From Octopus sinensis (Eukaryota), in contig NC_042997.1 of assembly GCF_006345805.1 (NCBI RefSeq), forward strand, positions 13,950,001 to 14,014,000: 64,000 nt of DNA. The letters run 5' to 3'. Each line of letters begins with the position of its first letter. Positions within the stretch are counted from its first letter, which is position 1. A program made the translations under genes and the position numbers. Shown here one piece after another: positions 1 to 9,904 of the stretch. The notes below the pieces were generated by a model. That model ran no database searches and had not been told where the DNA came from. It saw nothing but the letters and a program-made list of their open reading frames with translations.

Positions 1-108
1 TTTCCATACAATAACCATCAGAGCATCACAACAAATCACAGCACATACCCAAGGCACACAGAGCTGCGCTCGGTAGTGAAGTGAAAGCACGCTATAAAAA
101 TGAAACTA

Positions 109-111
<3 letters not shown>
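1..111 (+). mobile_element. 3' end (last codons and 3' UTR) of a non-LTR retrotransposon, probably R4/Dong family, followed by (AAT)n
   Basis: Reads ...S-I-Q-stop at 3-14, then a short UTR running into (AAT)n at 112-169. Same architecture as the Dong 3' ends at 22.6-23.4 kb. Family call is from recall only. Confidence 0.5.
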
Positions 112-151
<40 letters not shown>

Positions 152-169
152 TAATAATAATAATAATAA
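112..169. repeat. (AAT)n microsatellite
   Basis: Direct reading. Confidence 0.95.
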
Positions 170-284
170 TGAGAGACATATAGGTAGTTTGGAAGAAGAC
201 AATACAACTAATGGTGACTTGTCAGATGGGTGAAAGGCAATCTACGACAGAATAAAGGCAAGACTACAGGAGAACGCAAAAAAT

Positions 285-470
285 CCCAAATTTTATTTAA
301 TTTGCTTTGCGAGAAGAACTTTTTTAACGAAGTCGCGTCTTGTCCCTAACTTCGAAACGCGGAGTAGATAAAACAGGGGACAACTGATGAAGGGAATGTT
401 TTTATGTTCCCTCTCTCGTTTCTCATTTTGTTTACGTCTTTTATGCCCAGTACCCGTATATGCTTGTATA
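285..470 (+). mobile_element. Short interspersed repeat carrying a permuted hammerhead-like core (copy 1)
   Basis: Shares its layout with 8850-9010: gaagt..NUC-ttgt..cGAAA..acag(g/t)g(a)acaaCTGANGA.ggg..tttatg..ctcatt..tgtttacgt. Ends in a TA-rich tract. Confidence 0.55.
333..394 (+). ncRNA. Candidate hammerhead ribozyme with non-canonical (pseudoknotted) strand order
   Basis: tcgcgt-C (333-339), ttgtccc (340-346), ttc-GAA-acgcgg (351-362), gggacaa (377-383), CTGATGA (384-390), a-ggg (391-394). Stem I 7 bp, stem III 6 bp, stem II 3 bp, GUC triplet. Confidence 0.5.
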
Positions 471-526
471 TATACATACATATGTAGGTTTGTACATATA
501 TGTATGTATATATATATATATGCATA

Positions 527-557
<31 letters not shown>

Positions 558-579
558 GTATGTATGTATATATATATAT

Positions 580-869
580 CACGTGATCACGTGACCGACC
601 AGGCTATCAGATGTTCCTACACATCGCTGGTCACGATGCGCTTCACATTGTTTAGCCTTCAAATGACACCACCGCGCTGGCTAAGCGAGCAGGCGAACAG
701 AAGGAAGAGTGAGAAAAAATACAGCAGGAATCCCCACAACCCACTGCCGGAGCCTCGTGGAGCTTTAGGTGGTTTCGCCCAATAAACACTCACAACGCCC
801 GGTCTGGGAATCGAACCTGCGATCCTACGACCGGGTGTCCGCTGCCCTTACCACTGAGCCATTGCGCCT
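580..869 (-). mobile_element. tRNA-derived SINE, family C, copy 1
   Basis: Minus-strand head aggcgcaatggctcagtggtaagg (A box) ... ggttcgattccc (B box). Tail ends in tcacgtgatcacgtga then (TA)n. Confidence 0.85.
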
Positions 870-886
870 TTACACACACACACACA

Positions 887-954
<68 letters not shown>

Positions 955-974
955 GTATGTATGTATATATATAT

Positions 975-1263
975 CACGTGATCACGTGACCGACCAGGCT
1001 ATCAGATGTTCCTACACATCGCTGGTCACGATGCGCTTCACATTGTTTAGCCTTCAAATGACACCACCGCGCTGGCTAAGCGAGCAGGCGAACAGAAGGA
1101 AGAGTGAGAAAAAATACAGCAGGAATCCCCACAACCCACTGCCGGAGCCTCGTGGAGCTTTAGGTGGTTTCGCCCAATAAACACTCACAACGCCCGGTCT
1201 GGGAATCGAACCTGCGATCCTACGACCGGGTGTCCGCTGCCCTTACCACTGAGCCATTGCGCC

Positions 1264-1264
<1 letters not shown>
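975..1264 (-). mobile_element. tRNA-derived SINE, family C, copy 2 (tandem duplicate, period 395 bp)
   Basis: No differences from 580-869 seen by eye. Confidence 0.85.
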
Positions 1265-1330
<66 letters not shown>

Positions 1331-1434
1331 TCTTAATGTAGGTATGCATACATATGTGTGTATGCGTACGCACAGCCATGTATATATCATCTTTGTCGCA
1401 TTAGCTTCAAAGCCCGTTTGTATGTATTTGAGAA

Positions 1435-1849
1435 AGACGTAGGAGTGGCTGTGTGGTAAGTAGGTTGCTCACGAACTACATAGTTCTGGGTTCAGTCCCA
1501 CTGCGTGGCACCTTGGGCGAGTGTCTTCTACTATAGCCTCGGGCCGACCAAAGCCTTGTGAGTGGATTTGGTAGACGGAAACTGAAAGAAGCCTGTCGTA
1601 TATATGTATATATATGTATGTGCATGTGTGTATTTGTGTGTCTGTGTTTGTCCCCCTAGCATTGCTTGACAACCGATGCTGGTGTGTTTTCGTCCCCGTT
1701 ACTTAGCGGTTCGGCAAAAGAGACCGATAGAATAAGTACTGGGCTTACAAAAGAATAAGTCCCGGGGTCGAGTTGCTCGATTAAAGGCGGTGCTCCAGCA
1801 TGGCCACAGTCAAATGACTGAAACAAGTAAAAGAGTAAAAGAGAGAGAG
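1435..1849 (+). mobile_element. tRNA-derived SINE, family A
   Basis: Head ggagtggctgtgtggtaag..gggttcagtccc, body ccttgggcaagtgtcttctactatag, internal TA/TG tract, tail gactgaaacaagtaaaagag. Confidence 0.9.
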
Positions 1850-2703
1850 TATGTATTATTTTGCGTGTGCTGGGGATATGTATATATATATATATATATG
1901 AGACTCTTTATAGATGAATGGATAGATGGATGGATGGATGGATGGATGGATGGATGGATGGATGGATGTAAAATGTAGACGTAAATATGTGTGTATGTAT
2001 GGTATGACAAGATGCTTTCTTCCTAAATCGCCTCCATTTGTGAGGATTGATTAGTGGGTGATGTATAGAAAGAACATTCTGTTTTATTATTTTGTCGTTT
2101 TGTAGTTTTATCTCTAAGTTATTTCATTCTTGTTTAGTCTTCTTTTAATGCTGCATTATTTGTTTTTATCTTTGTCCGCAAGTCACTATGTATTATTATA
2201 ACGATAACATGCAGGCTTCCTCCATAATAAATATCACAGCTCTTTATATTACAAGAAACGAGCTTAAACCATTATAAATATGTCGCCTCCTGGAAATAAT
2301 TCGCTGCGATATACATGAAACACATACACTCACATACAGCTACACATACAGACGCATATGTTTATACAGGTATACATACATGTATGTTAATATGCATGTT
2401 TATATTTGACAAAAGGAGAATATATAAATATTTAACTCTTTATCATGTATTCAGTCCTTTCTTTAGTTCATATTGTGTGTGCATGTGCATTACTGTTATT
2501 GTTTCAAAAAAGAAAAGTCGTGTGGAATACAACTACCCAGGGTTTCCTGGTCAAAATCTTGATTCATTACGCCATTTATCAAGCTGGTAAAAACAACAAG
2601 ACGGTTTAGTAACTGAGTTTGACGCAATCGATGTTTAAATGAGCAAGCACGTTTAGAAAAAGACAGAGAGAAACACGGAGCATATAATTAACTTCACGGT
2701 AAA

Positions 2704-2934
2704 GGCGGCGAGCTGGCAGAATCGTTAGCACGTCAGGCGAAATGCTTAGGAGTATTTCGTCTGTCTTTACGTTCTGAGTTCAAATTCCGCCGAGGTCGAC
2801 TTTGCCTTTCATCCTTTCAGGGTCGATAAATAAAGTACCAGTTACGCACTGGGGACGATGTAATCGACTTAATACCTATGTCTGTCCTTGTTTGTCCCCT
2901 CTATGTTTAGCCCTTTGTGGGTAATAAAGAAATA
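2704..2934 (+). mobile_element. tRNA-derived SINE, family B (tail type 1), 6-bp TSD ggtaaa
   Basis: Head ggcggcgagctggcagaa, B box gagttcaaattcc, core ctttgcctttcatcctt, tail gtgggtaataaagaaata. ggtaaa at 2698-2703 and 2935-2940. Confidence 0.9.
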
Positions 2935-3084
2935 GGTAAATATGAGTACCTTACGAATATCAAAATTACATTAACCAACACTACAATGGTTTATGATGCA
3001 CCTGCTGTTTTTTTTTTCTTTAATTTCCGCTAACATGTATTTTTTTTTTCACGAGGACATGAAGTATTTACACAGTCACTAGAG

Positions 3085-3463
3085 CAGGGATCGGCGGACC
3101 GGGGTAATTGTTGGTGTGTGAAATGAGGACTCATTAGAAAATAAGTAAATTCATAAATAAAAAAAAAACGCGTTCCTTGTTACGACAGAATTTTTCTTCT
3201 GGCAATACTGCTTCTGTCCAATGTAGTGGGCGTGTTTAAGAGACGTCACACCAGTTTGAACTACAATCTGGTTGCCGAGGCGTTGTCAACTGACTAAACA
3301 GAAATTATTCGTCAGTTGTCTACTTTTTATATTTGTATTCTCAATATAATTAGATTCAATAAACCTTTTGAATTCAAAGAATCTATGATTGTCTTCCTTT
3401 CACATCAAGGGGGTAACGTCGGTGTAAATAAATATCGGCTTTTAAACATTTCCCCAACCCCTG
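3085..3463. mobile_element. Non-autonomous hAT (Charlie-like) DNA transposon / MITE
   Basis: Imperfect TIRs cagggatcggcgga / tccccaacccctg. Exact 8-bp TSD cactagag at 3077-3084 and 3464-3471. CAGGG ends with an 8-bp CTAG-centred TSD are typical of hAT-Charlie. Confidence 0.8.
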
Positions 3464-3679
3464 CACTAGAGGTTTTTTTTTTTAAAGATACGGAACCTTT
3501 CTACAAATCTCTAGTACACAGTAAAGTGCAAGATATTTTGCTAAATTCGCCGAAATCAAATTGGTCTTCATGCACCAGCTGATGAAGTGAGCTTTATAGG
3601 CACATATGAGATGATCACGTGTCTTATTCATTTAACTTTGTACTTCATTTTTCTTCAATTTGATTGTAAATACATACGC

Positions 3680-4068
3680 TTTTACTCTTTTATTTGTTTC
3701 AGTCATTTGACTGCGGCCATGTTGGAGCACCGCCTTTAGTCGAGCTATTGACCCCAGGACTTATTCTATCGGCCTCTTTTGACGAACCACTAAGTTACGG
3801 GGACGTAAACACTCCAGCATCGGTTGTCAAGCGATGTTGGGGTGGGGGAAAACTCAGACACGCAAACATATACACACACATACATACACATATATATATA
3901 CATACGACAGGCTTCTTTCAGCTTCCGTCTACCAAATCCACTCACAAGGCTTTGGTCGGCCTGAGGCTATAGTAGAAGACACTTGCCCAAGGTTCCACGC
4001 AGTGAGACTGAACCCAGAACCATGTAGTTCGTGAGCAAGCTACTTACTACACAGCCACTCCTACGCCT
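3680..4068 (-). mobile_element. SINE family A
   Basis: Full-length reverse-complement copy. Confidence 0.9.
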
Positions 4069-4144
4069 ATGTTGAATGTTTGCCTAACTTTCGTATATTT
4101 AATATATATCAGTGACTGGCTTGTTTACTACTTTCTTCTTTCGT

Positions 4145-4146
4145 CT

Positions 4147-4177
<31 letters not shown>

Positions 4178-4268
4178 CTCTCTCTCCCTCTCTCTGTCTC
4201 TCTCCCTCTCTCTGTCTCTCCTCTCTCTGTCTCTCTCCCTCTCTCTGTCTCTCTCCCTCTCTCTCTCT
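4145..4268. repeat. (CT)n/CTGT polypyrimidine tract
   Basis: Direct reading. Confidence 0.9.
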
Positions 4269-4319
4269 CGAATATATTTCGTCTATCCTATTCTCCCCAC
4301 TCTCGCTCTATTACACACC

Positions 4320-4580
4320 AAGGCTAGCGTGAAACCAATAAGAGAAACTATTGAAGCAAGGAGATGGAAATGGCTGGGTCAAGTTTGTTGCTATAAAGCG
4401 AACTCAGTTGTCAGGATCGCTTTGCAATGGGTTCCACAAGGTAAAAGAAGACGTGGCCGACCAAAGGACACGTGGCGGAGCACAGTACTAAAAGGAATCT
4501 GTCAATGATGTTTTCAGTGTTAGAAGGTGAAATGATCTTGTAGACTCATGTGCCACAAGGCACTATGAGAACCGAATAAT
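4320..4580 (+). pseudogene. RTE-clade LINE ORF C-terminal fragment and 3' end
   Basis: Translates as KPIRETIEARRWKWLGQV...RIALQWVPQGKRRRGRPKDTWRSTV, the W-x-W-x-G...W-x-P-x-GKR-x-RGRPK-x-TW signature of RTE C-termini. Followed by (AAT)n. Confidence 0.75.
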
Positions 4581-4627
4581 CACTATAATAATAATAATAA
4601 TAATAATGATAATTATTATTATTATCA

Positions 4628-4830
4628 AGTGGAGGTGCGTGACTTAGTGGTTAAGGTGTCAGCATCATGATCGTAAGATTGTGGTTTTGATTCCTGGACC
4701 GGGCGACGCTCTGTGTTCTTGAACAAAACTCTTCATTTCACGTTGCTCCAGTCCACTCAGCTGGCAAAAATGAGTAACGCTGAGATGGACTGGCGTCCTG
4801 TCCAGCTGGGGAACACATACACCATTGAAA
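4628..4830 (+). mobile_element. tRNA-derived SINE (family D variant) with a V-domain-like segment
   Basis: A box tgacttagtggtta, core atttcacgttgctccagtccactcagctgg shared with 7899-8232, then gatggactggcgtcctgtccag. Confidence 0.65.
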
Positions 4831-5067
4831 CCATTGGTTTGAAACCATTGGTTTGAAACCATTGCTAACATTATGTACCTTCGAAAAGAATAATATGTAT
4901 AACCTAGTCCACATTAGGTTGAATTCGTTGTCATTTCGTGCCATTCGATTGAGCACTGACCAATGGCTACTTCGAACAGCCATATAAGCATGAAGCTCGC
5001 CTAAATTATCACTATTTCGTACAATCGCTACACTTATATTACAAATACGAATTCCTATCCCGGTACA

Positions 5068-5450
5068 AGGCGCAGGAGTGGCTATGTGGTAAGTAGTTTG
5101 CTTACCAACCACATAGGTTCGGGTTCAGTCCCACTGCGTGGCACCTTGGGCAAGAGTCTTCTACTATAGCCTCGGGTCGACCACAGCCTTGCTAGTGGAT
5201 TTGGTTGACGGAAACTGAAAGAAGCCCGTCGTATATATGTATATGTATATATATGTGTGTGTGCTTTTGTGTGTGTTTGTCTCCCCACCATCGCTTGACA
5301 ACCGATGCTGGTGTGTTTACGTCCCCGATAAAATAAGTACTAGGCTTACAAAGAATAAGTTGTGGCGTGGATTTGCCCGACTAAAGGCGGTGCTCCAGCA
5401 TGGCCGCAGTCAAATAACTGAAACAAGTAAAAAAGAGAGAGTAAGAGTAA
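5068..5450 (+). mobile_element. SINE family A (internal deletion)
   Basis: Head and tail intact; the cttagcggttcggcaaaag segment is missing. Confidence 0.9.
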
Positions 5451-5522
5451 GGTAATGTATATGTGTGTGTGTATGTGTGTGTGCGTGTGTGTCTGTGTGT
5501 GAGTATGTGTGTGTGTGCGTGT

Positions 5523-5553
<31 letters not shown>

Positions 5554-5912
5554 CACGTTCACTTGCCTGGGTATGTGTGCGCGCGCGTGCCTGTGTGTGT
5601 GTGTGTATACAGAACACAGCAATACATAGGACTTCAAAAATGGCTAGGTACAATAGCATAGTGTTCACAGTGAAGCAAAACAACCAAGAATGTATCATGT
5701 ATTGGTAGGATACTGTAGATATGTGAGTACCATATCTAACTACAACCGTAGATTCAACTAAGGGCTGGTTCTAGGTGTGGTGTAGTTATAAAAAAACGCA
5801 AATGGTGGTTTAAAATTCGCTACAGCTCTTTTGGTAGAACTTTATTTAGATATTCATAGATTACATCATAACATAAATCCATCTTCAGGTAATATTTTAA
5901 ACAGGTATAAAT

Positions 5913-6077
5913 AGGCGTAGGGATGGATGTGTGGTAAGTAGCTTGCTTACGAACCACATGGTTCTGGGTTCAGTCCCACTGCGTGGCACCTTGGGCAAGT
6001 GTTTTCTACTATAGCCTCAGGCCGACCCAAGTGGATTTGGTAGGCGGAAACTGAAAGAGGCCCGTCGTATATATGTA

Positions 6078-6119
<42 letters not shown>

Positions 6120-6313
6120 TGTGTTTGTCCCCCCAAAGTCGCTTGACAACCGATGCTGGTTTGTTTACGTTCTCGTAAATTAGCAGTTCGGTAAAAGAGA
6201 CCGATAGAATAAGTACTAGGCTTACGAAGTCCTGCAGTCGATTTGCTCGACTGAAGGGGGTGCTCCAACATGGTCACAGTGAAATGACTGAAACAAGTAA
6301 AAGAGTAAAAGAG
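5913..6313 (+). mobile_element. SINE family A
   Basis: Near full-length match to other copies. Confidence 0.9.
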
Positions 6314-6652
6314 GAGAAGTAGAAGCTTGATAATGACGAATCCAACGATATATTATCCAATACATATGTGTGTGCGTGTGTGTTTATGAAGTGTTAAATA
6401 CTAAAAGTATGCAAATCGATTGTTCCAGATCTCTGAGGTTATTGAATTTCATGTGTTTATAGATAACATGGGTATTTCTCTCTGGCTTTGGTCAAGCGAT
6501 GTAGACAATTCCGATGAGACCCCCAATAAAAATCGAAATTCGATTATGGCTGTTCGTCACTCTTTTTACTTTAAGAGATGATCTGTAAAACTGGCATGTT
6601 TGTATGTTCAATATATATATATATTGAATATATATATATATATTGAAATACA

Positions 6653-7319
6653 TTCATAAATGAGGGTAAAAAATTAGATATTAATTTAATAATACCATCA
6701 GTTTAACACCAAGTGGCCTAGCACATAAAAACCTGGGAGACAATACAAATTTATACGTAAATATAAGTGTGTTACCGTTAAGTGGTTAACTCTAGTGCTA
6801 GAAATAGCTCCTTATTCTGGTATAGCCACCGAAGTTGTTTCCGTCTCCCTGGTTTTTATGTGCTAGGCCACTTGGTGTTAAGCTGATAGTATTATTAAAT
6901 TAATATCTAATTTTTCACCCTCATTTATGAATTTATAAATTTAATATACTGCAGTAAATATTATATGCAGTATTCGTTTCCACTAAGTCTTACCATGCTT
7001 TTGGCGGGGAAGCTAAATCACAACTATGTATGCAACATATTGGACCGCATGGGTATTTATCGCCCGTGAGGGTCTAATAAATTGTATCGAAGACAAATGC
7101 TGCTGATGACTTATAGATAAATATATGAGTATAATTGCATATTATATTTATAAAGAAACAATTGTTCATCATTAATCTATCTTTTCGTTGTATTTCACTT
7201 TCCTTACGTTGAAGGTAATGTTATTTCTTTTGTGGAAACAACTTCGGTGGCTATACCAGAATAAGGAGCTATTTCTAGCACTAGAGTTAACCACTTAACG
7301 GTAACTCTCTTATATTTAC

Positions 7320-7323
<4 letters not shown>
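6653..7323 (+). mobile_element. Non-autonomous Penelope-like element with inverted termini and an internal hammerhead
   Basis: 6653-6741 is inverted to 6843-6931 (4 mismatches in 89 bp). About 6750-6842 is inverted to 7233-7323. Hammerhead at 7096-7173. Flanked by (TA)n. Confidence 0.7.
7096..7173 (+). ncRNA. Type I hammerhead ribozyme motif
   Basis: Stem I aatgctg/catcatt (6 of 7 bp), CTGATGA 7103-7109, stem II ttatagata/tatttataa (9 bp including one GU) closed by C.A, GAAA 7155-7158, palindromic stem III acaattgt, GUU triplet. Confidence 0.75.
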
Positions 7324-7360
<37 letters not shown>

Positions 7361-7366
7361 ATATAT

Positions 7367-7531
7367 AGGCGCAGGAGTGGCTGTGTGGTACGTAGCTTGT
7401 TACCAACCACAATGGTTCTGGGTTCAGTCCCACTGCTGGGCACCTTGTGCATGTGTCTTCTACTATAGCCTCGGCCGACCAAAGCCTTGTGAGTGGATTT
7501 GGTAGACGAAACTGAAAAGAAGCCCGTCGTA

Positions 7532-7588
<57 letters not shown>

Positions 7589-7782
7589 TGTGTGTTTTTT
7601 GTGTGTCTGTGTTTGTCCCCCTAGCCTTGCTTTGACAACCGATGCCGGTGTTTTATGTCCCCGTCACTTAGCGGTTCGGCAAAAAGAGAACGATAGAATA
7701 GTACTGGGCTTACAAATAAGTCCCGGGTCGATTTTCTCTCCAGCATGGCCGCAGTCAAATGAATGAACACGTAAAAGAGTCA
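7367..7782 (+). mobile_element. SINE family A (many 1-bp indels)
   Basis: Full-length, with scattered single-base gains and losses. Confidence 0.85.
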
Positions 7783-7898
7783 AATAGTATATATATATAG
7801 TATATAGTTGAGACAGTTCGATACCATATATATATATATATATATATATCTATATATATATATATATAGACATGATATATGTGTGCGTGCGTGTATGT

Positions 7899-8232
7899 GA
7901 AGGCCCATGGTTCAGTGATTAGAGCGTCGAGCTGACGATCGTGGAGTTGTGAGTTCGATTTACGGACCGGTCTGAGTGTTGGGTTCTTGAGCAAGACACT
8001 TTATTTCACGTTGCTCCAGTTAACTCAGCTGTAGAAATGAGTTGCAACATCACTGGTGGCAAGCTGTATCGGCCTTTGCCTTTCCCTTGGATAACACTGG
8101 TGGTGTGGAGAGGGGAGGCTGGTATGCATGAGTGACTGCTGGCCTTCCATAAACAACCTTGCCCGCACTTTTACCTCGGAGGCTAACTGTCTAGGTGCAA
8201 TCCCATGGTCATTCATGACCGAATGGGGTCTC
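7899..8232 (+). mobile_element. tRNA-derived SINE, family D
   Basis: Head ggcccatggttcagtgattag..gagttcgatt, core cttgagcaagacactttatttcacgttgctccag, tail gcaatcccatggtcattcatgaccgaatggggtctc. Confidence 0.8.
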
Positions 8233-8363
8233 CCATCAAAGCTCGATACAGCCTGGCACCAGTGATGTCGCAACTCATTTCTACAGCTGAGTGAACTGGA
8301 GCAACGTGAAATAAAGTGTTTTGCTCAAGAACACAACACGCAGCCCGGTGCGAGAATCGAACT

Positions 8364-8366
<3 letters not shown>
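8233..8366 (-). mobile_element. Partial SINE family D copy, inverted and abutting the previous copy
   Basis: 8237-8366 is the reverse complement of 7949-8078 with scattered mismatches. Confidence 0.8.
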
Positions 8367-8398
<32 letters not shown>

Positions 8399-8862
8399 GA
8401 TACGTGTATGTATGTATGTATGTATGTATGTATGTATGTATGTATGTATATAGTAATTAATGAAAATTCAACTACGCCTGATTTTCACGTTTATTATTTG
8501 CAATCTTTCCAATTTCAGAATATTGAAACAATGTAGTACTTTCATACGTTACACAATCGCAATCATCGGGTTTATATAGTGACAATCGTGGTCCACAATT
8601 GACAGCTGTCAATTTATATGTATACATTTATATATAAATATGAGTGTGTTTGTATGTATGTATATATATTCTATATCCTTTCAAAATTTCTCCCATTATT
8701 TCTCACATTACAATGCGTCTTGGCCTAATGGCCCTTAATGTTTGTCTTCGTCGGTTGTTTACTCTTTACGTCCACCCTGTCGTTGTTTGTTCGTTCGAAG
8801 CTCTAACTCTCCGGAAATTTTATATCTCTAAAATTTCTGGACGCTGCTGTTTAATGAAGTTT

Positions 8863-8926
8863 TCCTATCTTGTCGTTGAAAGCTCGAAATAAGGACTAAT
8901 TAACAGTGAACAACTGAAGATGGGTT
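8863..8926 (+). ncRNA. Degenerate permuted hammerhead-like core, homologous to 333-394
   Basis: tcctat-C (8863-8869), ttgt, agctc-GAA-ataagga (8881-8895), acaa-CTGAAGA (8910-8920), t-gggtt (8921-8926). Stem II 5 bp including GU, stem III 5-6 bp with one mismatch or bulge, stem I only 4 bp. Confidence 0.4.
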
Positions 8927-9112
8927 AGACTTCTTTATGGTATTTTGCTCCGTACTTGGCTCTCATTATGTGTTTACGTATTTTTCTCTCGTTGGTGATA
9001 TCCTGCTCTCATTGTATATTTTTTGGTAATTTGTCCGTACATATCGCTCAAGAATTTTTTGCGTAATAAGATAAAAAATGAAAAGGCTGTATAGATATTA
9101 GAGCATTATAGA

Positions 9113-9113
9113 T

Positions 9114-9186
<73 letters not shown>
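9113..9186. repeat. (GATA)n microsatellite
   Basis: Direct reading. Similar tracts at about 19700-19828, 25025-25155, 25355-25430, 26707-26802, 27135-27250, 29919-30022 and 44845-44962. Confidence 0.95.
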
Positions 9187-9699
9187 CCTTCTATCTATAA
9201 ATGGTCTAATATCTATATAGCCTTGGTTTTTCATCTTATTACGCAAAAATATCTTATATACACACGCTGACATAGAACCAGTGTTGAACCTTTATTCGCA
9301 ATATTACCGAATCTGGAACTTAACTATTGTCTATCTAGAGCACTTATTCAGCATTACCTGACAACCTTTGGGTCTCAATGACACCATTATCTCGTATATA
9401 TATATATATATAATATATAGTATATTATATATTATATATATATATATATGTATGTGTTTGTTTTGGTGTGTGTACGTGTGTGTGAGTTTGGAATTTGCAC
9501 TAAAGATTACTTTGCATTTGAATAATGTAATTTATTGCTTCCTGTTCAATGAACACAATATACACACGTATAAGTATATGCATTAATGTATTCATATCGA
9601 TATGCATTGTACATATACATACATTTATATTTTATGTATACACTTTACACATATTTATGCATAACATGCTTACACACACAAACAAACACATGGCCTTTT

Positions 9700-9867
9700 A
9701 TTCTTGTATCTGTCGCTCTCTCTCTCTCTCTCCCTCTCTCTTTCTCTCCTTACTTTTCTCTCTTTATCTCTTTAATCTCCTCCCTCTATCCATATCCTTC
9801 TCTGTCTCTGTCTCTCTCTCTTCCTCTTCTTACTTTTCTCTCTTTAATCCCCTCCCTCTATCCCTAT

Positions 9868-9904
<37 letters not shown>

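Larger units (their letters stand above)
8690..9248 (+). mobile_element. Interspersed repeat with permuted hammerhead-like core (copy 2), followed by an inverted repeat around (GATA)n
   Basis: Layout shared with 285-470. Arms 9056-9118 and 9190-9248 are inverted around (GATA)n. Whether the inverted repeat belongs to the same element is uncertain. Confidence 0.45.

Noticed and set aside
800-869. tRNA gene in SINE heads
   Set aside because: A and B boxes are present, but there is no full cloverleaf and the sequence runs into SINE bodies.
3575-3620. ctgatgaag near 3581 and minus-strand ctgacga near 3310
   Set aside because: No GAAA or stem III partner in any order.
4825-4865. ccattggtttgaaa short tandem repeat
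   Set aside because: About 2.5 units at a SINE end, consistent with ordinary slippage.
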